Assembly (NCBI GenBank): GCA_951406725.2
Contig: OX597829.1
Location: forward strand, 56,668,001-56,732,000
Origin: Octopus vulgaris
Lineage: Eukaryota
Length of the DNA stretch: 64,000 nt
Direction: 5' to 3'
Part shown: positions 61,170-64,000 of the stretch, one piece after another
How the letters are laid out: the number at the start of each line of letters is the position of its first letter
Position numbering within the stretch: the stretch's first letter is position 1
Notes under the pieces: generated by a model
What the model was told of the DNA's origin: nothing
The model's input: the letters and a program-made list of their open reading frames with translations, nothing else
Database searches by the model: none
Position numbers and translations under genes: made by a program

Positions 61170-61930
61170 CAAACGTAATGAAGACAAGATCCTTGTACAG
61201 GGAGCTCCTAGCCAACCTCCCACTGACACCAGTGACATATGGCTATGTGGCACTCACCTGGGAAGCTTTCCCATACCTTGAGAGCTACCTGTCCAGTGAT
61301 TGCACTGGACATCTTTCTGAAAAGACATCAAGAATAGGATCAGTGCAGCTCATACCGCTTTCAGAAAACTCTCAAAATGAGTCTTCCTAAACCATGGTTT
61401 CACCATCCAAATGAAAATCATGATATATTCCAAACTGTTTCTACAGTTGTGAGATGTGGGTTTTGTATGACTATGATTGTTTCCAACAGCATAAACTTTG
61501 ATGGAAAGATTATGCTACCAATGAAGAGGCTCTGGCCCACCATTGAAGCTACCATGGCATGACACCGCCTCTGCTAGTCGGGACACATCATACGTATGTT
61601 TCAAACACACTTTCCCTGTCAACTCCTCTTTGTGGAGTTGACCTCAAGCACCAGACTACACAGAGACACCAAATTTCATTTCCAAGACCTGCTCAAGACC
61701 ACACTCCTCTGCTGTTCCATTAACCCACATGCATGGGAGACAATCACCAAAAACTGCTCAACATGGCAGCATGTCATCATCAAGGAGACAGACCAGATGG
61801 AAAATAACAGACATCAAAGACTCAAAGAACAACCTGCACTTCCTTGTTCCCTGTCAACCCTCCCCTTCGATACATGACCCCATCACTTCTATACCACCCT
61901 TGGCCTGAACAACCACCCCAGGCACTGACA
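61170..61930 (+). mobile_element. Degraded RTE/BovB-like LINE 3' fragment
   Basis: FPYLESYLSSDC, QLLFVEL..TKFHFQDLLKTTL..CSINPHAWE remnants. Confidence 0.7.
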
Positions 61931-62452
61931 CCCTTCACATTCATCAGGATGAAAAAGTTCAATCACTTCCTACAGATTAACTGCTCAGACACGAGTTATT
62001 GGCAACACTGATGATGGTCAAAACGTTAATAGTTTAAGAACTCGAACTATTCCTGTTCAAAAGTATCTTCTATATTGGCTTTACATTGTCTTCTTTTCTG
62101 TTTGGTTAGCTGTATTGATTAAAGCTATAGGATTAGCAATTATTGATTTGCATTCTTTATTCTTAAAAGTAAATTAGGAAGCAAAGCTGTTTTGCTGTTT
62201 TAAATGGAAAATACAGTGATTAACTTTTAGCATTTGATCTGGTCATATCTAGCCCAAATATTCTACCTGTTTTTGTGTTGAGACCGGCCAGATCTGGTAT
62301 CTAACACCTACCATACAATGTTATTCTAGAAACATCCAATCCCATCACTGAAATCTTGAAGCTACAAGATAATGCATGATTAAATCTAATCAATATGAAT
62401 AAATAAGCATTACATTTGATGTAGAAATCTGAATGTTAAAGAGTTAATGAGG

Positions 62453-62690
62453 AGGGCGGTGAGCTGGCAGAATCGTTAGCATGCCGGACGAAATGCTTAG
62501 CGGTATTTCGTCTGCTGTTACGTTCTGAGTTCAAATGCTGCCCAGGTCAACTTTACCTTTCATCTTTTCAGGGTCGATTAAATTAGGACCAGTTACAGAC
62601 TGGGGTCAATGTAATCGACTTAATCTCCCTTTGTCTGTCCTTGTTTGTCCCCTCTATGTTTAGCCCTTTGTAAGCAATGAAGAGATAACG
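62453..62690 (+). mobile_element. tRNA-derived CORE-like SINE (family B)
   Basis: GGCGGTGAGCTGGCAGAATCGTTAGC...GAGTTCAAAT; same family as 6209. Confidence 0.82.
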
Positions 62691-64000
62691 AGGCATAAGA
62701 CAGGAAAACTCTTTAGTTTACCGAATGAAATGGAATGTGCAGATGACATGTGCAGTTAACAGACACAAGAACAAAAACGATGTTCTTCTTGTTTCTTTCT
62801 GCAGCTTATATTAGTATATCGTAGTTCAGTTTCATTGCAACATTAGCAATATATGAGGAAATTATTTGGGAAAGAAGAAAAAAGTCATTCATCCATGCAT
62901 ATTTGCTGCAGGTTCACTGAACAGCGACTCAACAGTTTATTTGAACTTTATTGATGCAGGCTGTAAAAACCTGTCTGTTGTTAAGTCAATGTTTTTGAAA
63001 AAATTTATTTTAATTAAGACATATTCTTTCATTAGTATTGGCATTGTGTATATGCATGTGCTTGCGTGCATGTGTGTGTATGTGTGTGTTATCTATTTAC
63101 AGTATGGATTTCTGTTCAGATTAAAACAAGAAAGTTTGTTATCAATGTCGATTTTATTTACTGATTACTTTATACCAATTATCTTGAGCGAATACAAGTC
63201 CCGTGGAGTCTTCCTTCCGTACTGAATGGTATAAAAGACATATTGCAAAATGTAATCATTGTATTTACATTTAAATGCCTTCATTTCTGGATACTTTCTG
63301 TCTTTCAATAGAAAAGTTCATGGTGACAATTCATCATCATCATCATCATCATTTAGCGTCCGTTTTGCATGCTAGCATGGGTTGGACAGTTCTACTGGGG
63401 TCTGTGAAGCCAGAAGGCTTCATCAAGCCCAGTCAAATCTGGCAGTGTTTCTACGGCTGGATGCCCTTCCTAACGCCAAACATTATAATTCATTATAATA
63501 ATTACAGTATTTCAGAAACAGAAGTATTTCTGTATTATTTATTGATACAATATAATTCATAATTTTTTAGCAAACAGGAGTTTTGTGGAATTATTGTCGT
63601 CAGTCTTGAGTACCTGTGTGCTGAAAGTTTTAAAAGCTAGAACGTAAATGCTTAAACCCTGTCAAGTGCAATGCTTGTTGATCCACGTTAGTTTCAGTTA
63701 ATCCTGCATTACCTTGTAGCTTTGAGATTTCAATGACAGGATTGTTTATTTTTAGAATAACATTATCGGCTAAGTGTGAGAGGCCAGATCTGTTTATTTT
63801 GAACATAAAATAGAGTATTTGTACCAGATATGGCTGGTTTGAATTTTAAAGGGTTAAACAGATTACTAAAATAATACTCCAAAGTGTGTCCCTCCAAAGC
63901 CACAACACACCGATGAAGAGCATTGACTACAACACTACCTGTAGGAGATAGAATTACAAGTTGTTTATCAAGCACTGCATTTACATGCAAAGTGACCGAT

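Noticed and set aside
62005-62030. CTGATGATGGTCAAAACGTT
   Set aside because: No room for stem II and GAAA absent
62912-62955. Candidate CDAN1 exon 21 (RFTEQRLNSLFELY*), and similar candidates near 63103 and 63571
   Set aside because: In-frame stops before any donor; the next exon is probably beyond 64000
63763-63990. ORF with LVILSPTG resembling a PIF1/Helitron helicase motif
   Set aside because: Single weak motif; the ORF runs into a MITE
1-64000. CRISPR arrays, rRNA, operons or other prokaryotic systems
   Set aside because: The sequence is eukaryotic with spliceosomal introns; the repeated modules are retroposon tails without unique constant-length spacers

Overview
AT-rich, repeat-dense eukaryotic genomic DNA, most likely an octopus: this is inferred from the tRNA-derived SINE families, RTE LINEs with (CAT)n tails and abundant microsatellites. 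Two host genes lie head-to-head about 10.9 kb apart. On the minus strand is the first coding exon of a ubinuclein (UBN1/UBN2/yemanuclein family, HIRA H3.3-chaperone subunit; ATG 9629). On the plus strand are 20 phase-consistent GT-AG coding exons of codanin-1 (CDAN1, ASF1-binding protein; ATG 20518, about 969 codons to 61026, no stop reached). The rest is transposon debris: SINEs, a decayed RTE LINE, Helitrons, mariner, Gypsy and CR1 fragments, and TTAA-flanked MITEs. Most notable: (i) divergent linkage of two ASF1/H3-H4 pathway genes; (ii) several Penelope-type minimal hammerhead ribozyme motifs, one with an intact core and one fused to a tRNA-derived Pol III head; (iii) long fold-backs in the CDAN1 pre-mRNA. 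Almost all ORFs in the supplied track are spurious. All protein and repeat-family identifications are from recalled motifs, not database searches.
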